The translations under genes and the position numbers were made by a program. A stretch of 64,000 nucleotides of DNA from Azoarcus sp. KH32C. Its GTDB lineage: Bacteria; Pseudomonadota; Gammaproteobacteria; Burkholderiales; Rhodocyclaceae. Where the stretch lies: contig NC_020516.1 of the NCBI RefSeq assembly GCF_000349945.1, positions 2,870,311 through 2,934,310 on the forward strand. The letters are read 5' to 3'. The notes below the pieces were generated by a model. The model was not told where the DNA came from and searched no databases. It saw only the letters and a list, made by a program, of their open reading frames with translations. Of this stretch, positions 1-9,382 are shown piece by piece. Positions within the stretch are counted from its first letter, which is position 1. Every line of letters begins with the position of its first letter.

Positions 1-287
1 TGTTCACGCTGTTCTACAAGTCCGATTCGTCGATGAACGTGTCGGGCTGGAAGAACGAGAAGTTCGACCAGTTGCTGGATGCTGCGCGCGGTGAAACCAA
101 TGAAGCCAAGCGCAAGCAGATGTATGCCGACATGCAGGTGTTGGTGCATGAGCAGTGCGGCGTCGGGATTCCGATGTTCATCAACTCGGTCGACGGTTTC
201 ACGAACAAGCTCAAGGGTTATGGCAGTCATCCGCTGGCCGGCCTCATGGGCTTTGATTTCGCCGAGCACGTCTGGCTCGACGCGTGA
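1..287 (+). CDS. ABC transporter substrate-binding protein, family 5 (DppA/OppA-like), C-terminal fragment (gene starts upstream of window)
   Basis: C-terminal peptide ...GWKNEKFDQLLDAARGETNEAKRKQMYADMQ...FINSVDGFTNKLKGY is typical of the SBP_bac_5 C-terminus. It is followed directly by two DppBC-like permeases and a fused ATPase. Confidence 0.7.
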   Translation, partial: FTLFYKSDSSMNVSGWKNEKFDQLLDAARGETNEAKRKQMYADMQVLVHEQCGVGIPMFINSVDGFTNKLKGYGSHPLAGLMGFDFAEHVWLDA

Positions 288-308
288 CGGGCAGATGGAT
301 GACCAATC

Positions 309-1262
309 ATGAACGGAACCACTGCAAGACTTGTCCTGAAACGGCTCGGGGTCGGCGTGCTGACCCTGCTGATCGTGTCGGTCGTGATCTTCACGATCAC
401 CGCGCTCTTGCCGGGCGACGCCGCCCAGGCCCTCCTGGGCCAGGACGCTACCCCGGAGACCGTGGCGGCGCTGCGCGCCAAGTTCGGGCTCGATCAGCCC
501 GCCCACCTGCGCTACCTCCAATGGCTGGTGGGCCTGGTCAGCGGCGATCCGGGCAGCTCCCTGGTGAACGGCCTGCCGGTGGCGGAGCTCATTGGCAGCC
601 GCCTGCCCAACACCCTCAAGCTCGCGGCGATTGCCGCGCTGGCCGCAGTACCTGTGGCGCTGACCATCGGCATCGTGTCGGCGATGTTCCGCGGCTCGCT
701 TTTCGATCGCTTCATGAACATGGCTGCGGTCTCCGCCGTTTCGGTGCCGGAGTTCCTGATCGCCACGCTCGCGGTGTTGCTCTTCGCGGTTCATCTGCAA
801 TGGCTGCCGGCGCTGTCGCACGTCTCCGAGATCAACTCCTTCGGCGACATGCTGCATGCCTACGCGATGCCGGTCCTGACCTTGTGCTGCGGGCTGGTGG
901 CCCAAATGGCGCGCATGACCCGGGCGGCGGTGATCGACCAGTTGAGCGCGCCCTACGTTGAGATGGCGATGCTCAAGGGCGCGCGGCCGGTCCGCGTGGT
1001 GCTCACCCACGCGCTGCCGAACGCGGTCGGGCCGATCGCCAACGCGGTCGCCCTGAGCCTGTCCTACCTGCTCGGCGGGGTGATCATCGTGGAGTCGATC
1101 TTCCACTATCCGGGCATCGCAACCCTGATGCTCGACGCCGTCTCCAGCCGCGACATTCCCGTGGTGCAGGCCTGCGCGATGCTGTTCTGCGTGGGTTACA
1201 TGATGCTGGTCCTTGCGGCCGACGTCAGTGCAATCGTTTCGAATCCGAGGCTGCGCAAATGA
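309..1262 (+). CDS. ABC transporter permease (DppB/OppB-like, BPD_transp_1)
   Basis: 317 aa with multiple TM segments. N-terminal MNGTTARLVLKRLGVGVLTLLIVSVVIF motif is characteristic of DppB/OppB permeases. Operon context. Confidence 0.85.
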   Translation: MNGTTARLVLKRLGVGVLTLLIVSVVIFTITALLPGDAAQALLGQDATPETVAALRAKFGLDQPAHLRYLQWLVGLVSGDPGSSLVNGLPVAELIGSRLPNTLKLAAIAALAAVPVALTIGIVSAMFRGSLFDRFMNMAAVSAVSVPEFLIATLAVLLFAVHLQWLPALSHVSEINSFGDMLHAYAMPVLTLCCGLVAQMARMTRAAVIDQLSAPYVEMAMLKGARPVRVVLTHALPNAVGPIANAVALSLSYLLGGVIIVESIFHYPGIATLMLDAVSSRDIPVVQACAMLFCVGYMMLVLAADVSAIVSNPRLRK

Positions 1263-2182
1263 ATGCTTCCATCACTCCCGCGGGGCCCGAGGGCGGCCGC
1301 CCTGTGGCTCCTCCGATCAACACGCAGTCGGCAAAGCGACGAAGCCGGCGCGGCACGATGTCCGTCACCGGCCTGATCGGCCTCTTCATCGTGGGCTTCT
1401 GGCTGGTGATGGCGGTGGTAGGCCCCGCGGTGGCCCCCCACGCGGCGAACGATCTGATCAGCGACGAGTCCTTCGGCGCCTTAAGCGCTGCGTACCCCTT
1501 GGGAACCGACTATCTGGGACGCGACATGCTGAGCCGGGTGCTGCACGGAGCTCCCTACACCATCGGCGTGGCGCTGGCCGGCACCGTGTGCGCCTGCCTG
1601 CTCGGCACCATACTGGGCCTTACCGGGGCTGCGGCCGGCACCGGCGGCAAGGCGGGACGCTGGGGCGACGAGCTCCTGAGCCGCACCATGGACGCGCTGG
1701 TCGCGATCCCGAACAAGATGTTCGCCCTGATCATGGTCGCCTCCTTCGGCTCCTCGGTCCCGCTGCTGATCCTCACCGCCGCGCTGGCCTATACGCCGGG
1801 CTCCTACCGGATCGTGCGCGCCCTGGCCGTCAACGTGATGACCCTGGACTTCATCCTGGCGGCGCGTGCTCGCGGCGAAGGCATGGCCTACATCATCTTC
1901 ATCGAGGTCCTGCCCAACATGTTCCGTCCGGTGCTCACCGACTTCGGCATGCGCTTCGTGTTCGTGGTGCTGCTGCTCGCCGCGATGAGTTTCCTCGGGC
2001 TGGGCGTGCAGCCGCCCGATGCGGACTGGGGCTCGCTCGTGCGCGAGAACATCCTGGGCCTGGGCGACGGTGCCCCGGCAGTGCTGGCCCCTGCGGTCGC
2101 GATCGCGACCCTCACCATCGGCGTGACCCTGCTCATCGATAGCGTCGGTGGGCGTGGCAAGCGCGAGAAGGACGGTGTCTGA
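1259..2182 (+). CDS. ABC transporter permease (DppC/OppC-like)
   Basis: 307 aa with TM segments and a DppC-like N-terminal region. Start overlaps the upstream stop (ATGA). Confidence 0.85.
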   Translation: MNASITPAGPEGGRPVAPPINTQSAKRRSRRGTMSVTGLIGLFIVGFWLVMAVVGPAVAPHAANDLISDESFGALSAAYPLGTDYLGRDMLSRVLHGAPYTIGVALAGTVCACLLGTILGLTGAAAGTGGKAGRWGDELLSRTMDALVAIPNKMFALIMVASFGSSVPLLILTAALAYTPGSYRIVRALAVNVMTLDFILAARARGEGMAYIIFIEVLPNMFRPVLTDFGMRFVFVVLLLAAMSFLGLGVQPPDADWGSLVRENILGLGDGAPAVLAPAVAIATLTIGVTLLIDSVGGRGKREKDGV

Positions 2183-2184
2183 CC

Positions 2185-4032
2185 ATGAATGAGATCGTGA
2201 AAGTCAGCGGCCTGCAGGTCGCCGCCCGCAACGCACTGGGCGAGGACGTGCCCATCGTCCATGGCGCGGACTTCGTGCTCGAGAAGGGCGAGGTGCTCGC
2301 GCTGATCGGCGAGTCCGGCTCGGGCAAGACCACCATTGCCCTGTCGCTGCTGGGTTATGCGCGCAAGGGCTGCCGCATCGTGGGCGGATCGGTGCGCATC
2401 TGCAACGTGGACGTGCTCAAGCTCGACCAGGACGAGCTCGCCGGGCTGCGCGGCCGCACCGTGTCCTACATCGCCCAGAGCGCGGCAGCGGCGTTCAATC
2501 CGTCCAAGACCATCATGGACCAGGTGATCGAGAGCGCGCTCATCCACAAGACGATGGCGCGCCGCCAGGCCGAGGCCAAGGCGGTCGGGCTGTTCCGCGA
2601 GCTCGCTCTGCCGGATCCGGAAGGGATCGGCGCGCGCTATCCGCACCAGGTCTCCGGCGGCCAGCTGCAGCGCCTGATGGCGGCGATGGCGCTCATCACC
2701 GATCCGGCGGTGGTCGTCCTTGACGAGCCGACCACGGCGCTCGACGTCACCACCCAGATCGAGGTGCTTCGCGCCTTCAAGAAGGTGGTCCGCGAGCGTG
2801 GCACCACGGCGGTCTACGTGTCCCACGACTTGGCGGTCGTCGCGCAGATGGCCGACCGCATCGTGGTGCTGCAAAACGGTCAGATCCAGGAAAACGGCCG
2901 CACCGAGCAGATCCTCTCCGCACCGGCTCACCCCTACACCCGCAGCCTGCTGGCCGCGATGGACCCCGCCTCCCGGGCCGCCGCGACCGTGAGCACACGG
3001 CAAGACCGGCAGGACGTCATCCTCGACGTGCGCGATCTCGAAGTGCGCTTCGGAAACGGAAAGGCCGGCGGCGGGAAGGTGGTCCTGCACGACATCAACC
3101 TGCAGATCCGCCGTGGTGCGACGGTGGGCGTGATCGGCGAGTCGGGCTCCGGCAAGACCACGCTGGCACGCGCCATCGCGGGCCTGGTCGCCCCGTCCGC
3201 GGGCCACGTCCTGCTCGACGGCAAGGCGCTCTCCCCGACGCTGGAAGGGCGCACGCGCGACCAGTTCCGCCGCGTGCAGTACGTGTTTCAGAACGCGGAC
3301 ACCGCGCTCAATCCGCAGCACTCGATCGAAGCCATCCTGTCGCGTCCGCTCAAGTTCTATCACGGCATGACGAGTGAGCAGCGGCGCAAGCGCGTGGCCG
3401 AGCTCCTCGACCTGGTGCGCCTGCCCCAGAGCGTGGCGCAGCGCCGCCCGGGCGAGCTCTCCGGCGGGCAGAAGCAGCGTATCAACCTCGCCCGCGCGCT
3501 CGCCGCCGAGCCCGACCTGATCCTGTGCGACGAGGTGACGTCGGCGCTGGACACCGTGGTCGGCGCGGCCATCCTCGAGCTGATGGCGGAGCTGCGCCGC
3601 GAGCTCAACGTGTCCTACATGTTCATCAGCCATGACCTCGGCACCGTGCGCTCCATCTGCGACGAGATCGTGGTGCTGTACGCGGGCCGCAAGGTCGAGG
3701 TGCGTCAGCGCGAGGCGAAGCAAGAGCCACCTTTCCACCCTTACTCTCACCTCCTGGACACCTCCATTCCCATGCTGCGCCGCGGCTGGCTGGAGGAGGT
3801 GACCGGACGCACGGCGGCGACGCTGCCGGCCCTTGCCGCCGGCCTCTCGCCGCAGACGGGCCTGTGCCCCTTCATCGACCGCTGTGCCCTGCGGGTGGAC
3901 GGCCTGTGCAATACCACCCCCCCACCGCTGCGGCAGCTCGCGGGCGGCGGCAGCATCCTCTGCCACCGCTCCGAGGAAGAACTCGTCCGCGCCCAGGGGA
4001 CACTCAAACTCGTTACAGGAGAAGCAGCATGA
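2185..4032 (+). CDS. ABC transporter ATP-binding protein with duplicated ATPase domains (DppD/DppF fusion)
   Basis: 615 aa. Two Walker A motifs (GESGSGKTT twice), two ABC signature LSGGQ motifs and Walker B/H-loops. Confidence 0.9.
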   Translation: MNEIVKVSGLQVAARNALGEDVPIVHGADFVLEKGEVLALIGESGSGKTTIALSLLGYARKGCRIVGGSVRICNVDVLKLDQDELAGLRGRTVSYIAQSAAAAFNPSKTIMDQVIESALIHKTMARRQAEAKAVGLFRELALPDPEGIGARYPHQVSGGQLQRLMAAMALITDPAVVVLDEPTTALDVTTQIEVLRAFKKVVRERGTTAVYVSHDLAVVAQMADRIVVLQNGQIQENGRTEQILSAPAHPYTRSLLAAMDPASRAAATVSTRQDRQDVILDVRDLEVRFGNGKAGGGKVVLHDINLQIRRGATVGVIGESGSGKTTLARAIAGLVAPSAGHVLLDGKALSPTLEGRTRDQFRRVQYVFQNADTALNPQHSIEAILSRPLKFYHGMTSEQRRKRVAELLDLVRLPQSVAQRRPGELSGGQKQRINLARALAAEPDLILCDEVTSALDTVVGAAILELMAELRRELNVSYMFISHDLGTVRSICDEIVVLYAGRKVEVRQREAKQEPPFHPYSHLLDTSIPMLRRGWLEEVTGRTAATLPALAAGLSPQTGLCPFIDRCALRVDGLCNTTPPPLRQLAGGGSILCHRSEEELVRAQGTLKLVTGEAA

Positions 4033-4337
4033 CGGGACGATTCGTGAGACTCGCCGAAACCAGCCGCGCGCTTGTGCGCTTCGAACTAGACGGCAAGCCC
4101 GTCGAAGCCCTCGCGGGCGACACGCTGCTCGTCGCCATTCTGAGCAACGGCACGAGCGTGCGCAGCTGCGAGTTCGGCGGGGGCACGCGCGCCGGCTTCT
4201 GCCTGATGGGCGCATGCCAGGACTGCTGGGTGTGGACCGCGGCCGGCGAGCGGCTGCGCTCCTGCACCACGATGGTCGAGGAAGGCATGCAGATCGTAAC
4301 CACCCAACCGGAGGCATCATGGGCCAAGGTCGCGTGA
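4029..4337 (+). CDS. (2Fe-2S)-binding protein, HcnA/opine-oxidase small-subunit-like
   Basis: ATG at 4029 overlaps the ATPase stop. ~102 aa with Cys-rich segments (CEFGGGTRAGFCLMGACQDCWVW) typical of the small 2Fe-2S subunit of HcnABC/sarcosine-oxidase-like complexes. Confidence 0.65.
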   Translation: MTGRFVRLAETSRALVRFELDGKPVEALAGDTLLVAILSNGTSVRSCEFGGGTRAGFCLMGACQDCWVWTAAGERLRSCTTMVEEGMQIVTTQPEASWAKVA

Positions 4338-5695
4338 TCATCGTCGGCGCCGGACCGGCCGGCGTGCGCTGCGCCGAGGCGCTGGTCGCGGCGGGGATCA
4401 GACCGATCGTGGTGGACGAAGGCCGCCGCGACGGCGGGCAGATCTACCGGCGCCAGCCGGAAGGCTTCAACCGCTCCTACCCCACGCTGTATGGGACGGA
4501 AGCCGAGCGCGCGCGCTCGCTGCACCAGACCTTCGAGTCGCTGCGCGGGTCGATCGACTATCGGCCCGAGACGCTCGCCTGGAACATCTTCGACCGGCAG
4601 TTGTACACGGTCTCGGCGGGGGTATCGAAGGCGCTGCCCTTCGACGCGCTGGTAGTGTGCTCGGGCGCGACCGACCGCCTCATGCCCGTGAAGGGCTGGC
4701 ATCGCGCGGGCACCTACAGCCTGGGCGCGGCACAGATCGCGCTGAAGTCCCAGGCCTGCGCCATCGGGCGCCGGGTGGTGTTCGCCGGCACGGGCCCCCT
4801 GCTCTACCTGGTGGCGGCCCAGTACGTGAAGGCGGGCGCGCACGTGGAAGCGGTACTGGATACCTCGAGCCTGTGGAAGCGCGTGTGCGCCCTGCCCAAG
4901 CTCGCCGCCCGCCCGCGGGTGCTGGTGAACGGGCTCTCCCTCATGCGCACCCTGCGCGGCGCCGGCGTGAGGATCGTGACCGGCATCGAGCCGGTGGAAA
5001 TCCACGGCTCGCCCGAAGATGGCGTATCGGGGATCACCTACCGCAGCCGGGACGGCTCGACACACCAGCTGGCGTGCGACGCGGTGGCGCTGGGCTACCA
5101 CGTGCGGCCCGAGACGCAACTCGCCGACCTCGCACGTTGCGAGTTCCGCTTCGATGCCGAGACGCGCCAGTGGCTGCCCGCCGTCGACCAGGACGGCAGG
5201 AGCACCGTGCCCGGCGTGTATCTCGCCGGAGACGGCGCCCGCGTGCTCGGCGCCGACGGCGCGGAGATCGCCGGAAAGCTCGCCGCCTGGGCGCTGCTGC
5301 AGGATCTGGGCCGACCGGTGCCCGAGGCCGAGCGCGACGCCCTGCGCCGCGAACGCGGAGTGATGGACCGGTTCCGCCAAGGCCTGGTCGAAGCCTTCCC
5401 CTGGCCTGCCGAGCAGGCCGCACGCCTGCCCGACGAGGCAATCGTGTGCCGCTGCGAGGCGATCACGGCCGGAGAGCTGCGCCGGGTGGTGAACCAGATG
5501 GGCGCCTGCGAGGCCAACCGGGCCAAGGCCTTCAGCCGGGTCGGCATGGGACGTTGCCAGGGACGGTATTGCGGGCATGCGGGGGCGGAAGTCATTGCGC
5601 ATGCCGCCGGCGTGCCGGTGGAACAGGTGGGGCGTCTGCGCGGCCAGGCGCCGGTGAAACCGCTCTCCATAGCGGTGCGGGAGGAAGTGGAATGA
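4319..5695 (+). CDS. FAD/NAD(P)-binding oxidoreductase, HcnB/OoxA-like subunit
   Basis: Internal start MGQGRVIIVGAGPAGVRCAEAL (dinucleotide-binding GxGxxG). C-terminal BFD-like 2Fe-2S motif (CRCEAITAGEL...CQGRYC). Overlaps neighbouring genes as in an operon. Confidence 0.75.
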   Translation: MGQGRVIIVGAGPAGVRCAEALVAAGIRPIVVDEGRRDGGQIYRRQPEGFNRSYPTLYGTEAERARSLHQTFESLRGSIDYRPETLAWNIFDRQLYTVSAGVSKALPFDALVVCSGATDRLMPVKGWHRAGTYSLGAAQIALKSQACAIGRRVVFAGTGPLLYLVAAQYVKAGAHVEAVLDTSSLWKRVCALPKLAARPRVLVNGLSLMRTLRGAGVRIVTGIEPVEIHGSPEDGVSGITYRSRDGSTHQLACDAVALGYHVRPETQLADLARCEFRFDAETRQWLPAVDQDGRSTVPGVYLAGDGARVLGADGAEIAGKLAAWALLQDLGRPVPEAERDALRRERGVMDRFRQGLVEAFPWPAEQAARLPDEAIVCRCEAITAGELRRVVNQMGACEANRAKAFSRVGMGRCQGRYCGHAGAEVIAHAAGVPVEQVGRLRGQAPVKPLSIAVREEVE

Positions 5696-6837
5696 ACGCG
5701 CGGAAAGCAGATGTCATCATCGTTGGCGGCGGCATCATGGGGGCCGCCACGGCTTTCTTCCTGCGCAAGCGCGGCATGTCGGTCATCCTGCTCGAGCGGG
5801 GATTGATCGGCCAGCAGGCCAGCGGCGTCAACTTCGGCAATGTGCGCCGGATGGGCCGCCCGATCGAGCAACTGCCGCTGGCAAACCGCTCGCGCGAGAC
5901 CTGGCTGAAGTTCAAGGAATTGTTCGGTGACGATGTCGAACTCTTGCTGAACGGCCATCTGCGCGTCGGCTTCACGCCGGCGCACGAAGAACGGATGGCG
6001 AAGTATGCACAGGACGCGAAGGACTTCGGCCTGGATATGCAGATGATGGGCGCGAAAGCGCTGCGCGAACGCTTTCCATACCTGGGGCCGGAAATTACTG
6101 CGGGTTGCTATGCCCCCCACGACGGTCATGCGAACCCCCGTCTCGCGGCACCGATTATCGGCCGTGCAGCGGTGCGCGAAGGCGCGCAGGTGTTCGAAAA
6201 CACCGAGATCGTGAGTGTCGAGAAGGATGGCGAGGACTTCCGCGTGACCGCCGCCGATGGGCGGACCTTCCGTGCGCCCGTGGCGTTGATCACCGCCGGC
6301 GCCTGGGGCGACCGCATCAGCGCCAAATTCGGCGAACCGGTGCCCATGATCGCCAAAGGGCCGCAGATGTGCGTCACCGAACCTGTGCCTTACGCCATCG
6401 GGCCGACCATTGGTGCGATGGCGGACGTGTTCGAACAAGTCGTCTTCTTCCGCCAGGTTGCGCGCGGCAACATCGTCATCGGCGGCGGCGGCCACGAACC
6501 GGTGGATCTGGAGAATCGGCGCGCCTACGTGAACCCGCACAGAACGCTGTTCAAGCTGAAGAATGCGCCGCGCGTGGTGCCGGCGTTCAATCACCTGAAC
6601 ATCATTCGCGTCTGGAGCGGGATCGAGGGTTACATGGAAGACAGCAGCCCGGCCATGGGGCCGAGCGCGCGCGTGCCCGGCCTGTATTACGCGTTCGGCT
6701 TCTCCGGCGAAGGCTTCCAGTTGGGACCGGGCGTGGGCGACGTGATGGCGGAACTGATCCACACCGGCGCCACGACCACCCCGATCGAGCAGTACCACAT
6801 TGGCCGCTTTGCCAAGCAGGCGATGCAGGCGGCGTAG
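5692..6837 (+). CDS. FAD-dependent oxidoreductase, HcnC/OoxB/sarcosine-oxidase-beta-like (DAO family)
   Basis: MNARKADVIIVGGGIMGAATAFFL Rossmann motif. 381 aa DAO-family protein translationally coupled to the upstream subunit. Confidence 0.8.
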   Translation: MNARKADVIIVGGGIMGAATAFFLRKRGMSVILLERGLIGQQASGVNFGNVRRMGRPIEQLPLANRSRETWLKFKELFGDDVELLLNGHLRVGFTPAHEERMAKYAQDAKDFGLDMQMMGAKALRERFPYLGPEITAGCYAPHDGHANPRLAAPIIGRAAVREGAQVFENTEIVSVEKDGEDFRVTAADGRTFRAPVALITAGAWGDRISAKFGEPVPMIAKGPQMCVTEPVPYAIGPTIGAMADVFEQVVFFRQVARGNIVIGGGGHEPVDLENRRAYVNPHRTLFKLKNAPRVVPAFNHLNIIRVWSGIEGYMEDSSPAMGPSARVPGLYYAFGFSGEGFQLGPGVGDVMAELIHTGATTTPIEQYHIGRFAKQAMQAA

Positions 6838-6873
6838 CGTTCATTCATATCCCCATCGAATCGAGAACAAACC

Positions 6874-7629
6874 ATGTCGAATTTGCAGCAAGCAGCGGCC
6901 GTGCTGGCCAACCCGCCATCCTTCGTCGATCTGCGCCAATTTGCGCGAGACAAGAGCCTCGGCATCGTCGTGACAACTTCGGCCGGAGAGGACCGCTTCC
7001 TTTCCAGCCGCCGCATCCTGGACTGGGCACCGGGACTGGTGACGGCGGGCGTCATTACCCTCGAAGCCGGCAGCGGCTCCGTGCAGTCCCTGCCGGCGGA
7101 TGAATTCATCATCGTCAACGAAGGCAGCCTAACCCTGACGCAGCAGGGCTCCACCCTGACGCTGGGGCCGAACCAGAGCGCGGTGCTCAAGCACGGCGCC
7201 GCATTCACCTGGTCCGCACAAGGCCCGGTGTCGCTGATCTTCACCCGTTACAACAAGAGCCAAGCGGGCGACGGTGCCATCGTGCCGATCCAGGAAAACC
7301 CGGAGATGGGACCGTCGGCGGGCGGACCGCTGGCCGAGCTGCTGCTCACGCCGGCGCCGGTTTGCCGCAATTACACCGACTACCGTTCGGCCGACGGCGA
7401 ATTCACCTGCGGTACCTGGGACTCGACGCCCTACACCCGCCGCGCGATGTTCTTCCGCCACATGGAGCTGATGCACCTGCTGGAAGGGAGCGTGACCTTC
7501 GTCGATGAAGCGGGTCGCAGCGGCACGTTCTCGGAGGGCGACATTTTCCTCATCGAGCAGAGGGCCTCTTGCAGCTGGGAGAGCCGCGAGCAAGTGGCGA
7601 AGGTGTACGTGATCTACCGCCCGGCGTAA
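6874..7629 (+). CDS. cupin domain-containing protein (bicupin, DUF861-like)
   Basis: 251 aa with two repeated cupin-like halves, each ending in an EGS/EGD...F motif. No signal peptide. Family assignment is by eye only. Confidence 0.5.
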   Translation: MSNLQQAAAVLANPPSFVDLRQFARDKSLGIVVTTSAGEDRFLSSRRILDWAPGLVTAGVITLEAGSGSVQSLPADEFIIVNEGSLTLTQQGSTLTLGPNQSAVLKHGAAFTWSAQGPVSLIFTRYNKSQAGDGAIVPIQENPEMGPSAGGPLAELLLTPAPVCRNYTDYRSADGEFTCGTWDSTPYTRRAMFFRHMELMHLLEGSVTFVDEAGRSGTFSEGDIFLIEQRASCSWESREQVAKVYVIYRPA

Positions 7630-7640
7630 GAGAAATCTGA

Positions 7641-8297
7641 ATGACCAAGCGCGTTGCCTTTGTCCATACCGTCGGTTTCCTGGTCGAGGATTTCCGGGCG
7701 CGCATTCGCGCCGATGTTCCCGCCGCCGACTGCTTTCATATCCTTAACGAAAGCCTGTTACAAGATCTGTTGCGCGGAGCACCGCAGCCGCTGGTTTACC
7801 GGCGCGTGGTCGATCAAATCGTGCTGGCGGCGCAAGCGCAGCCCGAACTGATCGTCGTCACCTGTTCATCGACGTCTCCGGCCGTGGATATCGCGCGGCG
7901 CATCGTGCAGCAGCCGATCCTGAAGATCGACGACCCGATGGCGTCGGAAGCGGCGCGCAGCGGTCCGCGCATTGGGCTGCTGTGCACGGCAAGCAGCACG
8001 GTAGAACCGAGCAGCGCACTACTGCACGCGCATGCCGCAGAGCAAGGGCGCGAGATCACGATCAAGACGGTGCTGCGCCCCGAGGCCTACCAGGCGCTGA
8101 TGGCAGGCGATCGTGCGGGACACGACGCAATTCTTTATGAAGCGGCTGCCGAGCTTTCCAACGAGGTGGATGTACTGGTGCTTGCTCAGGCCTCGCTGGC
8201 GCATTTGCGCGACACGCTCGCCGCGAAACTCAAATGCCCGGTATTGGCAAGCCCGCCTTTGCTGATGCGGGAAATCGCCAGACTCTGCGCCGAATGA
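7641..8297 (+). CDS. Asp/Glu/hydantoin racemase family protein (EutA / arylmalonate-decarboxylase-like)
   Basis: 218 aa. Conserved Cys-containing motifs of the Asp/Glu racemase superfamily (VVTCSSTSP ... LLCTASST). Confidence 0.65.
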   Translation: MTKRVAFVHTVGFLVEDFRARIRADVPAADCFHILNESLLQDLLRGAPQPLVYRRVVDQIVLAAQAQPELIVVTCSSTSPAVDIARRIVQQPILKIDDPMASEAARSGPRIGLLCTASSTVEPSSALLHAHAAEQGREITIKTVLRPEAYQALMAGDRAGHDAILYEAAAELSNEVDVLVLAQASLAHLRDTLAAKLKCPVLASPPLLMREIARLCAE

Positions 8298-8356
8298 ACC
8301 AATGGCGGTTATCGCCAATGAAATACCCCCACGACCCCTAATCCAAAAATACAGAG

Positions 8357-9349
8357 ATGAAGACGCTGCTGCTCAAGAAAGAGGAAGTCAGCCGATTGAT
8401 ATCCATGAAGGAAGTCATCGGTGCGGTCGAAGAAGCCTACAAGGCCTTCAGCAGCGGCCAGGTGGATCAGCCCCCGTATATCGGGATTCATCTCCCTCCC
8501 CCGCGGGGCGAAATCGACTTCAAGCTCGGATACTACAAGGGCAATGAAGTAATCTCCATGAAGGCGTCTTCTGGAGGCTTCCCCGACAACCAGCGGCTCT
8601 ACGGCGTGCCCAGCGGCATGGGGACCATTCTGCTGTTCGATGCCAGGAGCTGCGCCTTGATCTGCGTAATGGACGGAAGCCTGCTCACCGGCCTCCGGAC
8701 CGGGGCATGCGGCGCCGTTTCGGTAAAGGCGCTGGCGCGGAAGAACTCCAAAAAGATCACCTCCATCGGCACCGGGAATCAAGCCAGGATGCAGATCCGG
8801 GCAATTACCGAGGTCATGAAGATCGAGGAGATCCATGCTTGGGACCACACCCAAGAGTCGCTTTCCAAATACAAAGCGGACATCGAAAACGAATTCGGCA
8901 TTCCCGTGATCATGGGAGGCTCCATGAAGGAAGCTGTGGAGCAGGCCGACATCCTCATTACCACGACCCGGGGAAAAGGCTCGCTGGTGGAAGCCGACTG
9001 GGTAAAACCCGGCACACACATCGTTGCGATCGGCACGGATATGAGGGGCAAGCAGGAATTCGATCCCGAGATCTTCAGGAATGCCAAGATCGTGAATGAC
9101 TCGATCGAGCAGTGCATCGATAAAGGCGAGACCTGGCATCCGTTGAATCGAGGAATCATTGCCAAGGAAGATATCCACGGAGAAATCGGCGAGATCCTGC
9201 TGGGCAGAAAAGCCGGCAGAGAAAATGATCAAGAAATCACGATCTTCGATTCGACCGGAATGGCCATCCAGGACAATACCACCTCGTACAAGATCTATCA
9301 GAACGCAATAGAAGGCAACGTTGGAACCTTCTTCGAATTCATTGCGTAA
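8357..9349 (+). CDS. ornithine cyclodeaminase / mu-crystallin family protein (EutC-like)
   Basis: 330 aa with NAD-binding GTGNQAR Rossmann motif. OCD/mu-crystallin family fold signature by eye. Lies in a lower-GC segment. Confidence 0.85.
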   Translation: MKTLLLKKEEVSRLISMKEVIGAVEEAYKAFSSGQVDQPPYIGIHLPPPRGEIDFKLGYYKGNEVISMKASSGGFPDNQRLYGVPSGMGTILLFDARSCALICVMDGSLLTGLRTGACGAVSVKALARKNSKKITSIGTGNQARMQIRAITEVMKIEEIHAWDHTQESLSKYKADIENEFGIPVIMGGSMKEAVEQADILITTTRGKGSLVEADWVKPGTHIVAIGTDMRGKQEFDPEIFRNAKIVNDSIEQCIDKGETWHPLNRGIIAKEDIHGEIGEILLGRKAGRENDQEITIFDSTGMAIQDNTTSYKIYQNAIEGNVGTFFEFIA

Positions 9350-9382
9350 TTTCGATCGAAGCCCTCCCCGGAAATAGCCACC

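Noticed and set aside
1888-4341. 817-aa ORF on the minus strand
   Set aside because: Entirely antisense to the well-supported ABC ATPase and 2Fe-2S genes. Arg/Ala-rich low-complexity translation typical of spurious ORFs in high-GC DNA.
4013-6798. Several 500+ aa minus-strand ORFs (4013-5602, 5095-6798) and plus-strand 4657-6837 extended frame
   Set aside because: Overlap the HcnB/HcnC-like genes in other frames or on the other strand. The true genes have Rossmann motifs and translational coupling.
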